Origin: an uncultured Planctomycetales bacterium
Lineage (GTDB): Bacteria; Planctomycetota; MHYJ01; JACPRB01
DNA length: 64,000 nt
Reading direction: 5' to 3'
Assembly: GCA_964468745.1 (NCBI GenBank)
Contig: CAYXVY010000079.1
Coordinates: 7,660 to 71,659, forward strand
The translations under genes were made by a program, and so were the position numbers. This document shows, piece after piece, positions 19,496 to 28,696 of this stretch; within the stretch, counting starts at the first letter, position 1; every line of letters begins with the position of its first letter. The notes beneath the pieces are model-generated. The model had not been told where the DNA came from. It saw only the letters and a list, made by a program, of their open reading frames with translations, and did no database searches.

Positions 19496-20830
19496 GTGGA
19501 AAGCCAGGCCGTGGAGAGCGTCGAGAACAAGTATCTCGACCAAGTCATGCAGCAGCGCGGCCAGCTCGAGAACGAGCTGCGCGGGGGCCGCGCGTGCAAG
19601 CGCATCATGGCGCCTTCGAGCGCCAAGTCCGCCCCCATGGACGACGAGGATGGAAGCCGCATCTTCCCGGCGTCGCCCGACATCTACACTCCGTCGTCGC
19701 ATGCCATCGATGTCCGCATCACGGGCTGGTGGCGCTGGAAAAACGTCGTCGTTCCGCCGAACGCATACGTCGTCCACACAAGGCGCGGATACACCGAGCC
19801 GCTCCACTGCGGCCTCGGCATCTCGTTTCGGTTCGACCCCGTGACGGACAGCTTCCTCGTCGTCCCGTCGGCGATGCAGACGATGATCATCCAGGCGAGC
19901 TGCATCTGCAAGGAGCGCCAGGGCGTGCTCGTGCAGGGCTACGTCCAGTGGATCATCGACGACTTCAAAACCGCGTATCGCAAGCTCGACTTCACCGACC
20001 CCGAGGATCCGATGCGGGTCGTCAACGTGCAGCTCCGCGAACAGGCCGAAGCGGCGATCAAAGACAAGGTTTCGACGATGTCGATCGACGACGTCCTCGC
20101 AGACAAGCAGCCGATCATCAAGGAGCTGACCGCGCGCCTGCGCCATGTCGCCGAGGGCGACGGCGCGGACAAGGGGCTCGGCCTGCGCATCGTGCAGGTC
20201 CAGATCAAGGAAGCAGTTGTCTGCTCGCAGCGCGTGTGGGAGATGCTGCAGCGCCCGTTCCGCGCCGAGCGCGCCAAGGAAGCGCGCATCGCGCAGCTGG
20301 GGAGCGAGGCCGTCGTCCGCACGAGAGAGGCGGCGGAGGAGAAGGTCGCCGCCAAGGAGGCGATCGAGAAGAGCGCCGAGATCGCGCGCCATCAGGGGCA
20401 GAGCGAGGCGGCCGCGTTCGACCGGCTGGAGAGCGAGAAGGTCCGTCGCGCGAAGATCGAGGCGGAGACCCTCGCAGCCACCATCGCGCACGAGAAGGAA
20501 AAGACGGAGCGGCAGGCCGAGATTGCGCGCCTGCGTCTCGAGCACGAACTGACGGAGAACGGCATGCGCGCCGAGGCGGAAAACCGCCAGGCCCTGAAGG
20601 AGCTGGAACTCGAGGCGGCCCGCCGCCGGATCGACAACGACCTGTCGGAAGCCGCGCTGCGCAGCCGGCTCATCGAACTGCTTCCGACCATCGCCGAGAA
20701 GATGCCGCACCCGAGCGAGATGAAGAGCTTCACGATCGGCGGGGCCGACGGGCTGGGCAATCTCGTCTCCGGCGTCCTCAAGCTCGTCGAGTCGATGAAG
20801 AACGGCAAGTCTGTCACGCACGCCGCCTAA
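19496..20830 (+). CDS. Flotillin-like SPFH/band-7 domain protein
   Basis: GTG start with AAGGAG 7 nt upstream. N-terminal SPFH-like region, then a long Glu/Ala/Arg/Lys-rich heptad coiled-coil (EAAEEKVAAKEAIEKSAEIARHQGQSEAAAFDRLESEKVRRAKIEAE...) typical of bacterial flotillins (YqiK/FloT). Confidence 0.8.
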   Translation: MESQAVESVENKYLDQVMQQRGQLENELRGGRACKRIMAPSSAKSAPMDDEDGSRIFPASPDIYTPSSHAIDVRITGWWRWKNVVVPPNAYVVHTRRGYTEPLHCGLGISFRFDPVTDSFLVVPSAMQTMIIQASCICKERQGVLVQGYVQWIIDDFKTAYRKLDFTDPEDPMRVVNVQLREQAEAAIKDKVSTMSIDDVLADKQPIIKELTARLRHVAEGDGADKGLGLRIVQVQIKEAVVCSQRVWEMLQRPFRAERAKEARIAQLGSEAVVRTREAAEEKVAAKEAIEKSAEIARHQGQSEAAAFDRLESEKVRRAKIEAETLAATIAHEKEKTERQAEIARLRLEHELTENGMRAEAENRQALKELELEAARRRIDNDLSEAALRSRLIELLPTIAEKMPHPSEMKSFTIGGADGLGNLVSGVLKLVESMKNGKSVTHAA

Positions 20831-20901
20831 ACAAGCGCTCGGTCTGGGCGCGGGGGGAGTTGTAACCTCCCGCGCCCCATACCTTCTCATCGGGGGTGGG
20901 G

Positions 20902-22290
20902 ATGGAAGCTTTGGAGTACACCTGGCGCGACCACATGCACTACCTGCGCTCTCCGGTCGCAGAGACGCGCGCGCGAGCTCTGGAGGAGCTGACCGAACTC
21001 GGCGCGACGCAAGCAGTGCCGGAAATCGTGGCGCTCCTTTCGGATCCCGAACCCGGAGTGCGGGGCCGCGCCGCAGCCGCGCTGGGGCGGCTTGGACGAT
21101 CGGACGCGAAGTCGAAGATCGCCGCGCTGCTCGGGGATGCGGACGACCGCGTTCGCTGGCGAGCCGCCGACGCGCTCGCATGGATGGGCGAGGCGGGCGC
21201 GATCGTCGGACTGATCGGCGATCCCTCCCCTGACGTGCGCCGGCTCGTTCTCTATACGCTCGGTACCGAGCTCGGCGATGCCGCCCTTCCGCTGCTGACG
21301 GACGACGACGCCGGTGTGCGCCGCGCCGCGGTGCAGGTACTCGGCACGTCGCTCGGAGCCGACCTCCTCTCCGAATGCCTGTCGGACCTCGACCCCCACG
21401 TGCGCATCGAGGCCGCCCGCATGCTCGCGACGCTCGGGCGGTACGCGGACAAGGTCCAGGCCCTTCTGCTGGACGAACACGCAGGGGTGAGGCGCGCGGC
21501 GATCGAAGCGCTCGCCCGCATGCAGCGCCGCGAGCCCGTCGGCCGCATGTTCCACGATCGCGACCCGAAGGTACGCGCGACCGCAGTTCGCGCGATGGCG
21601 TCGATGAATGCACGCGAGGGCACAGCAGAGATCGGCCGCCGCTTGCTCGATCCCGAGCTGCGCCCGGCCGTCCTCGACGCGCTGGGCGTGCTGGGAGCGA
21701 TCGATTGGGCCAACTCCGTCGCACTATTCCTGGTCGACACCGATCCGGACGTGCGTGGCCGCGCGGTGCGGGCCCTCGGCCTCATGGGATCGACGGCGCA
21801 TCTGGACTCGATCCGTCCGCTGCTCGAGGACGTGGACACGAGAGTTCGGGAGCACGCGGCTGAAGCGCTCATCGACTTGAGTACGGAGCCGCAGCCGGCT
21901 CCGCCCATCGTGCTTCCGGACGGAGCCGATGAGAGGGCCCTCATCGAGCAGGTGCGCGATCCGGTCCCCGGCACGGCGGGCGCCGCGGGGCTGCTCGACG
22001 CGCTCGCCGCACGGCATGAACCCGCGGCGTGGTCCAAGCTCGAGGCGCCGCAACGGCTCGATTTTCCGATCGCAAGTGTGGCCGACGTCGCGAAGCTCCT
22101 GCAATCGCTCGGTCTGGCCCTGGAGGGGGTGGCGGACTGCACGTTCGTGGGTTGCTTCGCTGCGGACACGGTCGTCGCCCCGCGTCGAGTGCTCGATCGT
22201 CTCCGCCGGGCCGTCGTCCCGGCCGGCGACGTGATCCGCATGATGACCGTAAACGATGCGCTGGACTGCTGGGACCGACGATTGGAGTGA
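20902..22290 (+). CDS. HEAT-repeat (PBS-lyase-type) protein
   Basis: At least 10 repeats of the form LLxDxDxxVRxxAxxALGxLG (e.g. LLSDPEPGVRGRAAAALGRLG, LLGDADDRVRWRAADALAWMG), followed by a distinct ~150-aa C-terminal region. Confidence 0.75.
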   Translation: MEALEYTWRDHMHYLRSPVAETRARALEELTELGATQAVPEIVALLSDPEPGVRGRAAAALGRLGRSDAKSKIAALLGDADDRVRWRAADALAWMGEAGAIVGLIGDPSPDVRRLVLYTLGTELGDAALPLLTDDDAGVRRAAVQVLGTSLGADLLSECLSDLDPHVRIEAARMLATLGRYADKVQALLLDEHAGVRRAAIEALARMQRREPVGRMFHDRDPKVRATAVRAMASMNAREGTAEIGRRLLDPELRPAVLDALGVLGAIDWANSVALFLVDTDPDVRGRAVRALGLMGSTAHLDSIRPLLEDVDTRVREHAAEALIDLSTEPQPAPPIVLPDGADERALIEQVRDPVPGTAGAAGLLDALAARHEPAAWSKLEAPQRLDFPIASVADVAKLLQSLGLALEGVADCTFVGCFAADTVVAPRRVLDRLRRAVVPAGDVIRMMTVNDALDCWDRRLE

Positions 22291-22334
22291 CCTTTCGCGA
22301 CGGTCGCGCGTATGGCTCGCGGGAGGATTGAGCC

Positions 22335-24122
22335 ATGTGCGTTATCGTTGCGATCCTGGCCTTGTGCGGACAGAACGCCACCACTCCGGGCGCCGTTACG
22401 ACGCCCTATCCAACCGTCACCAACCTCGCGGTCGAGTGGGCGATCACTGGGGACGCGAATCTCAACGGCGTCGTTGCGGTGCGCTATCGCACGCTCGGCA
22501 CATCGACGTGGTCGACGGGCCTGCCGCTGCGGCGCGTTCCCGCGGGATTCAATCCCGATCCCAACTATGGCTGGACGAACAAGCACTCCGGCAGCGTCTT
22601 CGACGTCGAGCCAGGCACGACGTATGAGATCGAATTGACGCTGACGGATCCGGACGGCGGATCGACGTCCACGACCGTCACGGCGTCCACGCGCCCGGTG
22701 CCGGCGGATCCGGCGAGCCCGAACGTGCGCACGGCGAATTCATCCACCTTCCCGTCCGTCCTCTCGAGCGCCGTCGCGGGCGACGTGATCCTGCTGGACC
22801 CCGGCACGTACGCGGGATTCACCGCCTTCGTCAGCGGCGCGTCCGGCAATCCCATCGTCATCCGCGCGGCGACGGCGGGCACCGTCACCGTCAACGGGCA
22901 GGTGCGCCTCGACAATCGCAAATTCGTGCATGTCGAAAACCTCACGATCAACGGCATGACGAAGTTCAACGCCGCCGAAGGGATCGTCGTGCGCGGGTGC
23001 ACGATCACGGCCGACCCCGCGCTCGGGGGCATCATCGCGTACCTCGGCGTGACGAACTGCTACATCGCGAACAACGACATCACGGGGCCGTACACGTGGG
23101 TCGACGCCAACCTCGGCGCCAACGGCGCGACGACCGCCGAAGGGATCGAGCTGGCGGGCTCGGGCAACGTGATCTGCTTCAACCGCGTGAAGGGCTTCCG
23201 CGACAATATCTCGTTCTTCGAGGACGCGGCGATCCTGCAAGTGTGCAACGACGTCTACAACAACGACCTCTCGATCGGCTGCGACGACGGCATCGAGGCG
23301 GACTTCGCGATGGGCAATTCGCGCATCATGCGCAACCGCCTGACGAACTGCTACGTGGGCCTCAGCTCGCAGCCGAGCCTCGGCGGCCCTACGTACTTCA
23401 TCCGCAACGTCATGTACAACATCGTCTACGCGCCGTTCAAACTGCATCGCGGGAGCGTGGGCGACGTGATCCTGCACAACACGTGCGTGAAGTGCGGCGA
23501 CGCGTTCGCGGTCTACGCGAGCGTGGCGTGGTCGCGCGCGTACGTGCGGAACAACCTCCTCATCGGCGGCGCCGGCGGCGGCACGTACGGCGGCTACGGC
23601 AACGGGACCGGCCGGATCACGGACCTCGGCGCGGCCGACGCGACGAACAGCTTCAACTACGACGGCTATGCGTCGATCGGCACGGGGACGTTTGTCGGCA
23701 ACATCGGAGCGACCGGATACACGAGCCTCGCGACCATGCAGTCCTCGACCTCGGAGACGAATGCCGTTCAGGTGACGATGGGCGTCTTCGCGGCGGCCGT
23801 CGCCTTCCCGTCCTCGGGTCCGTACCCCGAGCGCGCCATCGCCGATCTGCGACTCGCCTCCGGCGGCGCCGCGATCGACGAGGGTGTGGCGCTCGCGAAC
23901 GTGAACGACGGGTACGCGGGGACGGCGCCCGACCTCGGCGCCCATGAATTCGGAACGCCGCTCCCGATCTACGGGCCTGGAGGGTCCACGGGGGGCGGTG
24001 GCGGAGGAGGCGGGGGGGGAGGAGGAGGGGGCGGCGGCGGAGGAGGCTGCGGTTTGACAGGATTCGAGTTTGTCGCGCTCTTCCTCGCACTCCTGATGGC
24101 GAGATACGCTAATGCGCGTTGA
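22335..24122 (+). CDS. Secreted right-handed parallel beta-helix (pectate-lyase fold) protein with an N-terminal FN3-like domain and a C-terminal poly-Gly / Cys / TM / Arg sorting-signal-like tail
   Basis: GGGAGGA RBS 8 nt upstream of ATG. Signal-like N-terminus. PbH1-type repeats (NNDITG, NCYIANN, IRNNLLIGG). The C-terminus is GGGGGGGGGGGGGGGGGGGGCGLTGFEFVALFLALLMARYANAR. The poly-Gly run is encoded by a GGN repeat at ~23990-24050. Confidence 0.75.
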   Translation: MCVIVAILALCGQNATTPGAVTTPYPTVTNLAVEWAITGDANLNGVVAVRYRTLGTSTWSTGLPLRRVPAGFNPDPNYGWTNKHSGSVFDVEPGTTYEIELTLTDPDGGSTSTTVTASTRPVPADPASPNVRTANSSTFPSVLSSAVAGDVILLDPGTYAGFTAFVSGASGNPIVIRAATAGTVTVNGQVRLDNRKFVHVENLTINGMTKFNAAEGIVVRGCTITADPALGGIIAYLGVTNCYIANNDITGPYTWVDANLGANGATTAEGIELAGSGNVICFNRVKGFRDNISFFEDAAILQVCNDVYNNDLSIGCDDGIEADFAMGNSRIMRNRLTNCYVGLSSQPSLGGPTYFIRNVMYNIVYAPFKLHRGSVGDVILHNTCVKCGDAFAVYASVAWSRAYVRNNLLIGGAGGGTYGGYGNGTGRITDLGAADATNSFNYDGYASIGTGTFVGNIGATGYTSLATMQSSTSETNAVQVTMGVFAAAVAFPSSGPYPERAIADLRLASGGAAIDEGVALANVNDGYAGTAPDLGAHEFGTPLPIYGPGGSTGGGGGGGGGGGGGGGGGGGCGLTGFEFVALFLALLMARYANAR

Positions 24123-24571
24123 CCGACTTCGAACACTTCCTGCAGCAGCACGCGGCGTCGGTGCGCGCACTGGCGATGTCAATCCTCGCCAACGCGGCGG
24201 ACGCAGAGGACGCGCTGCAGGACACGATGCTCGCGGCGGTGCAGCATCGGATGGAGCTCGACGCGGGGCGCCATCCGAAGGCTTGGCTCCTGCGCATTGC
24301 GGCGAACAAGGCGCGCGACATGCTGCGTCGACGGCGCGTGCGGTCGACGCCTCCGCCAGTGCCGCGGCCGCGCGAACCGGAGGTGGATCGGACGCGTCGC
24401 ATCATCGCGTCGATGCCGCCGCGGTATCGCATGGTGATGCATCTGGCGTACTACGAAGAGCTGCCCTACAAGGACATCGCGGAGGCGATGGGAGTGTCGC
24501 TCAGCGGCGTGAAGATGATGATCCTGCGCGGGCGACGCATGGTGCGAGCGAGGTTGGCGAATGAACTGTAA
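24119..24571 (+). CDS. ECF-family RNA polymerase sigma factor (sigma-70 regions 2 and 4)
   Basis: TTG start overlaps the upstream gene's TGA (TTGA). Region 2 (DAEDALQDTMLAAVQHR) and region 4 HTH (LPYKDIAEAMGVSLSGVKMMILRGRRMVRARL) are recognisable. Length 150 aa. Confidence 0.7.
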   Translation: MTDFEHFLQQHAASVRALAMSILANAADAEDALQDTMLAAVQHRMELDAGRHPKAWLLRIAANKARDMLRRRRVRSTPPPVPRPREPEVDRTRRIIASMPPRYRMVMHLAYYEELPYKDIAEAMGVSLSGVKMMILRGRRMVRARLANEL

Positions 24572-25940
24572 CGAAGCGCGCGACCGGCTCGTGTTCTTCG
24601 CGGACGGCGAAGACGACGAGGTGGGAACGCACGTTCGCGGATGTGCTGCATGCCGTGTCGAATGCGACAGGGTGGCCGGAGAGCGGGCGCTCATCAAACG
24701 GGCGCTGCGCCCCGCAACGCCACACGTCCGCGTGCTGGTGCGCCCCCGGACCCTTGCGTGGCCGTTCGCGGCTGCGGCAGCCGCGGCCGCCCTCCTTGCG
24801 TGGATCGCGCTGCGACCTCCCTTGCAGGCCCCGAAGAGCGCGCCGGAGATCACGAAGACGCCGCCTCCCGAAACGACGACGCAGACGCCGGTCCCGGCTG
24901 CGCCGCCTAATCCTCCCAAAACCGACGTACCTCCCCTAGTTGTTCCAGACCCTCCCGTTCGATCGACTGTCCTTCCTCCTCCAACTCCCGACTCCCAACC
25001 CGCAACTCCCACACCGGAAGATCGCCCTCCTCCACTTCCTCCATCGACAACCAGACCGGATCCCCCGCGTGTCGAGGTCGCCCTCACTCTCGAGCGAGGT
25101 ACGGAGTGGAAGGGGACGCGCACTTTCGTGGCCGGCGATGCGATTCGCGCACGCGCGGCGATGCGGATCGCCTGGGGTACCGCGACGATCCACGTGAAGG
25201 AAGGAACCGCTTTCACGGTCTCGGCAAGGGACGCGCTTACGCTCGACTCCGGCGCCGTATTTCTCGAGAACTGTCCGGCCGGCTTCGAGGTGCGGACCGC
25301 GCGCGGCACGATCCGCGACCTCGGGACGCGCTTCATGGTCGAGACGGATGCGAAGAGCACGACGACGTCGGTGTTTGAAGGGCGCGTGTCGTGCGACACA
25401 AGGGACGTCGAGGCGGGCCAGCGCGCGTATCTGACCGGGGGCGTTGCGCCCTCGGTCGAGGCGATGCGTGACCTGACGGTCTTTCCGTCGTGGCTATCGA
25501 AGACCCTCGCAGCGCGAGCGCCGGTGATCGCGTGGAATTTCGCGAAGGCCGACAAGCGCTACCAGGGTGTCCCGAAGGACGGCGTGCTGCACGGCGTCGT
25601 GCGCGACGACGTTTTCTCGGCCGGTCTCGAGGACGACCAGGCGATGTTCAAGGTCCCGGCGCGCGGCGAATTCTGGGTGACGGTCCACACGACGACGGCG
25701 CAGCCGCTCATCCTCAGGTGCCGCGGCATGACACCGGAATCCACGCCATACGACTACACGATCGAGAAGCCGGTCCTCAATCGTGCAGTACCGCTCCGCG
25801 TGCCGCTCGATCGATTCGTGTCGAAGGAAGGCAAGCCGCTTCCGGTCGGCGACGGCGTTCACATCATCTATATCTGGACGCGCGACCTGAAGGCGCTGCT
25901 TCGCATCGACGATCTCAGAATAGCGGAGCGGAAAGACTGA
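24561..25940 (+). CDS. Anti-sigma factor: N-terminal zf-HC2 zinc finger, one TM helix, a Pro-rich linker and a FecR-like periplasmic domain
   Basis: MNCNEARDRL...HVRGCAACRVECD is the zf-HC2 motif found in anti-sigma factors. A TM helix (WPFAAAAAAAALLAWIAL) is followed by a P/T-rich linker. The gene overlaps the sigma-factor gene by 11 nt. Confidence 0.7.
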   Translation: MNCNEARDRLVFFADGEDDEVGTHVRGCAACRVECDRVAGERALIKRALRPATPHVRVLVRPRTLAWPFAAAAAAAALLAWIALRPPLQAPKSAPEITKTPPPETTTQTPVPAAPPNPPKTDVPPLVVPDPPVRSTVLPPPTPDSQPATPTPEDRPPPLPPSTTRPDPPRVEVALTLERGTEWKGTRTFVAGDAIRARAAMRIAWGTATIHVKEGTAFTVSARDALTLDSGAVFLENCPAGFEVRTARGTIRDLGTRFMVETDAKSTTTSVFEGRVSCDTRDVEAGQRAYLTGGVAPSVEAMRDLTVFPSWLSKTLAARAPVIAWNFAKADKRYQGVPKDGVLHGVVRDDVFSAGLEDDQAMFKVPARGEFWVTVHTTTAQPLILRCRGMTPESTPYDYTIEKPVLNRAVPLRVPLDRFVSKEGKPLPVGDGVHIIYIWTRDLKALLRIDDLRIAERKD

Positions 25941-26871
25941 CGCGCGGCACACGCGGTCCGAGGCGAACAAGAATCTCGTACGGCGATGTGCCCGCCCATG
26001 TGGCCCAGTCATCGGGCGTGACCGTCGGACCCAGCAGCTCGATTTCGTCGCCCACGCGAAGGCCCTCGCCCTCGATGATCGTGTGATTCATCGAGATGCG
26101 GCCCAGGATGCGTACGCGACGGCCGTTCATGGCAACTTCGCCGCGATTCGACAACGCCCGCGGCACGCCTTGCTCCCACCCCACGGGGAGCGTCGCCACG
26201 CGACTCTCGCGCTCCAACCGGTGGAGGTGGCTGTAACCGACCCCCTCGCCGGCCTTGACGTCGCGCACCGCCACGACGCGCGTGATGAAACGCACGGCGC
26301 TCTCGACGAGCGCCAGACCCGGCCGGACGATATCGAGCTGCAGCTCAGGATTCTGCAGGCCGTGCGTGCTCGCGAGGCTCAGTTTCACGGGCCGGCCGAA
26401 TCTCGCCGCCGCCGCTCGCAGCCGCGCGAGCTGCTCAAGGTCGAATCCGTCGACTTCCGCGAGCGTGCTGTACAGGCACTCCGCGTCGACATCGTCGGGC
26501 ACCTGCCCGGGCGCGAATCCCATCCGGTGCAGCCCTGTGTCCACCTTGACGAAGACTCGTCGTCCGGCAAAGTGCTGCGCCGTCCTCTCGTCGAAGACGC
26601 TCGGCATGATGTGCGACGGGACGGGCTCATCAACCGGCAGGAGAAGCACGATGCGCGCATCGGAGCATGCTTTGTCTACTTCGAACGCCTCCTCGAGCGT
26701 CCCGACGCCGATCCAGCGTGCGCCCGTTGCCGCGGCCACCCTGCCCGCTCCGAGGCCGTAGCCGCCCCCCTTGACGACCGCCATGAGTTCGCATCCCGGC
26801 TTCAGCCGGGCGCGTATCGCTTCCGCATTGCTGCGGATTCTATCGGTATCGACCTCGATGCGGGTGAGCAC
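25915..26871 (-). CDS. alr: Alanine racemase family PLP enzyme (short form)
   Basis: AVVKGGGYGLG matches the PLP-lysine motif AVVKANAYGHG. Overall alr-like order with the C-terminal beta domain. The product is 318 aa, shorter than the typical ~360 aa. Confidence 0.65.
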   Translation of the reverse strand: MLTRIEVDTDRIRSNAEAIRARLKPGCELMAVVKGGGYGLGAGRVAAATGARWIGVGTLEEAFEVDKACSDARIVLLLPVDEPVPSHIMPSVFDERTAQHFAGRRVFVKVDTGLHRMGFAPGQVPDDVDAECLYSTLAEVDGFDLEQLARLRAAAARFGRPVKLSLASTHGLQNPELQLDIVRPGLALVESAVRFITRVVAVRDVKAGEGVGYSHLHRLERESRVATLPVGWEQGVPRALSNRGEVAMNGRRVRILGRISMNHTIIEGEGLRVGDEIELLGPTVTPDDWATWAGTSPYEILVRLGPRVPRVSLSAPLF

Positions 26872-26932
26872 GGACGGTCACAATAACCCGAAACCGAACA
26901 AATTGAATGTCGTGTACGTCTAGATAGGACTT

Positions 26933-28633
26933 ATGCGACGCGTTGCTCTTGTGCTTGGGCTGGCCACGATCGCGCTCGGACAGGAAGGTCCCAAGATCGT
27001 CGAGAAGCCCGGAGAGCGCGGCGTCGGAGCGAAGGTTGGAGCCTCCGCGCTTGTCGACCGCCTCCTGAAGGACGCGAAGGCCGTCGTCATCGCCTTCACG
27101 GCGAGCGACTGCCCCATGTCGAAGGTCTTCCGCCCGAAGATGCAGCGCCTCGAGAAGGACTATGCCGCGAAAGGCGTGAAATGGGCGTGGATCTTCTGCA
27201 ACTTCGCCGACAAGCCGAATCTGGACGCGGCGACCGTCGTGCACGACAAGGACGGCGCGATCACGAATCTGCTTTCCGCGCGGCGTACGACGGACGTCTT
27301 CGTCATCGACGCGGGCCGCGTGCTGCGGTATCGCGGCGCCGTCGACGACCAGTACGGCCTCGGATACGAGCGCGAGGCTCCGACGGCGACGTATCTGGTC
27401 GACGCGCTCGAATCGGTCCTCGCCGGCAAGCCGGTGAAGGTGGGCGCGACCGATCCATGGGGGTGCGCGATTGAATCGGAGCCGAAAGGGACGTCCACGG
27501 ACGTCACGTACCATCGCGACGTCGAGCCGATCATCCAGACACGCTGCCAGGAGTGTCACCGGCCGGGCGAGATCGGCCCCTTCCCGCTGCTCACGTACGA
27601 GCACGCGAGGGCGAATTCGAAGCGCATCAAGGAGGCGGTGCAGCGCCGGCTGATGCCGCCGTGGCACGCGAGTCCGAAGCACGGCGAATGGCTCAACAAC
27701 CGCAGCCTGAGCGACAAGGAGATCGAGACGATCGCGAAGTGGGTCGACGGCGGCTCGCCCGCGGGGAACCCGAAGGCCGCGCCACCGGCGCGAACGTTCA
27801 AGCAAGGCTGGGGCATCGGCGAGCCCGACGCGGTCTTCAAGATGTCGAAGCCATACAAGGTCAAGGCGGAGGGCGAGATCGCCTACCAGTACTTCCGCGT
27901 GAAGACGACCTTCGCGGAGGACCGCTGGATCAAGGCGATGGAGGTACGGCCGGACGCGCGCAAGGTGGTGCACCACATCCTGCTCTTCATCGAGTATCCG
28001 CGCGATCGGCGCAAGGAGCAGCCGGCGATCGACGGCGGTCTCTTCAACGGCTACTGGGGAGCGATGGTGCCGGGCGAGGACCCCAACGTCTTCGCGGCCG
28101 ACACGGGCAAGGTTCTGCCGGCGGGGGGCGCGATCATCTTCCAGGTGCACTACACGTCCAACGGCGAGGCGCAGCAGGACCAGAGCTCCGTCGGCCTCAT
28201 CTTCCACAAGGAGCCGCCGAAGCACGAGGTGATCACGCGCGGGATCGTAAATACGTTCATCAACATTCCGCCGGGCGCCGCGGACCACGAGGAGACCGCG
28301 ACCTTCAAGTTCGACCACGACGCGAAGATCCTGAGCTTCCTGCCGCACATGCACGTGCGCGGGAAGAGTTTCAAGTACGTTCTCATCCCGCCCGACGGGG
28401 GCGCGGAGGAGGTGCTCCTCGACGTGCCCGCTTTCGATTTCCGCTGGCAGACGATCTATCGTCTCAAGGAGCCGCGGCTGGTCAAAGATGGAACGAGGAT
28501 CAAGGCGTACGCGCGCTACGACAACTCGAAGAACAACCCGGCGAATCCCAACCCCGAGAAGCGCGTCCGGTTCGGCGACCAGACGTGGGACGAGATGCTG
28601 ATCGGGTACATGGATTTCATCAAGGTCGACTGA
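26933..28633 (+). CDS. Secreted three-domain redox protein: thioredoxin-like (CxxS), PSCyt1-type mono-haem cytochrome c (CQECH...RLMPPW), and a copper-monooxygenase-like (PHM/DBH-type) domain
   Basis: Signal peptide MRRVALVLGLATIALGQ. Thioredoxin-like segment AVVIAFTASDCPMSK. CxxCH haem motif with a downstream MPPW as in Planctomycete cytochrome c. Then a HH...H...HMH...M ligand pattern with PHM-like spacing (VVHHILLF; FQVHY; LPHMHVRG; EMLIGYMDF). Confidence 0.7.
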   Translation: MRRVALVLGLATIALGQEGPKIVEKPGERGVGAKVGASALVDRLLKDAKAVVIAFTASDCPMSKVFRPKMQRLEKDYAAKGVKWAWIFCNFADKPNLDAATVVHDKDGAITNLLSARRTTDVFVIDAGRVLRYRGAVDDQYGLGYEREAPTATYLVDALESVLAGKPVKVGATDPWGCAIESEPKGTSTDVTYHRDVEPIIQTRCQECHRPGEIGPFPLLTYEHARANSKRIKEAVQRRLMPPWHASPKHGEWLNNRSLSDKEIETIAKWVDGGSPAGNPKAAPPARTFKQGWGIGEPDAVFKMSKPYKVKAEGEIAYQYFRVKTTFAEDRWIKAMEVRPDARKVVHHILLFIEYPRDRRKEQPAIDGGLFNGYWGAMVPGEDPNVFAADTGKVLPAGGAIIFQVHYTSNGEAQQDQSSVGLIFHKEPPKHEVITRGIVNTFINIPPGAADHEETATFKFDHDAKILSFLPHMHVRGKSFKYVLIPPDGGAEEVLLDVPAFDFRWQTIYRLKEPRLVKDGTRIKAYARYDNSKNNPANPNPEKRVRFGDQTWDEMLIGYMDFIKVD

Positions 28634-28696
28634 CGCCCGTTGACGGTTGCCCGAATACGGATGGCGGCCCGTTTCAACCCGTCATGCGTCAACAGC

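Noticed and set aside
19313-21724. 803-aa minus-strand ORF spanning the flotillin and HEAT-repeat genes
   Set aside because: The translation is Arg/Pro/Ala-rich low complexity. The plus strand encodes two well-formed proteins with RBSs.
23990-24050. GGN repeat as a CRISPR/VNTR-like element
   Set aside because: It is a coding poly-Gly tract inside the beta-helix gene. There is no spacer/repeat architecture and no cas genes anywhere in the window.
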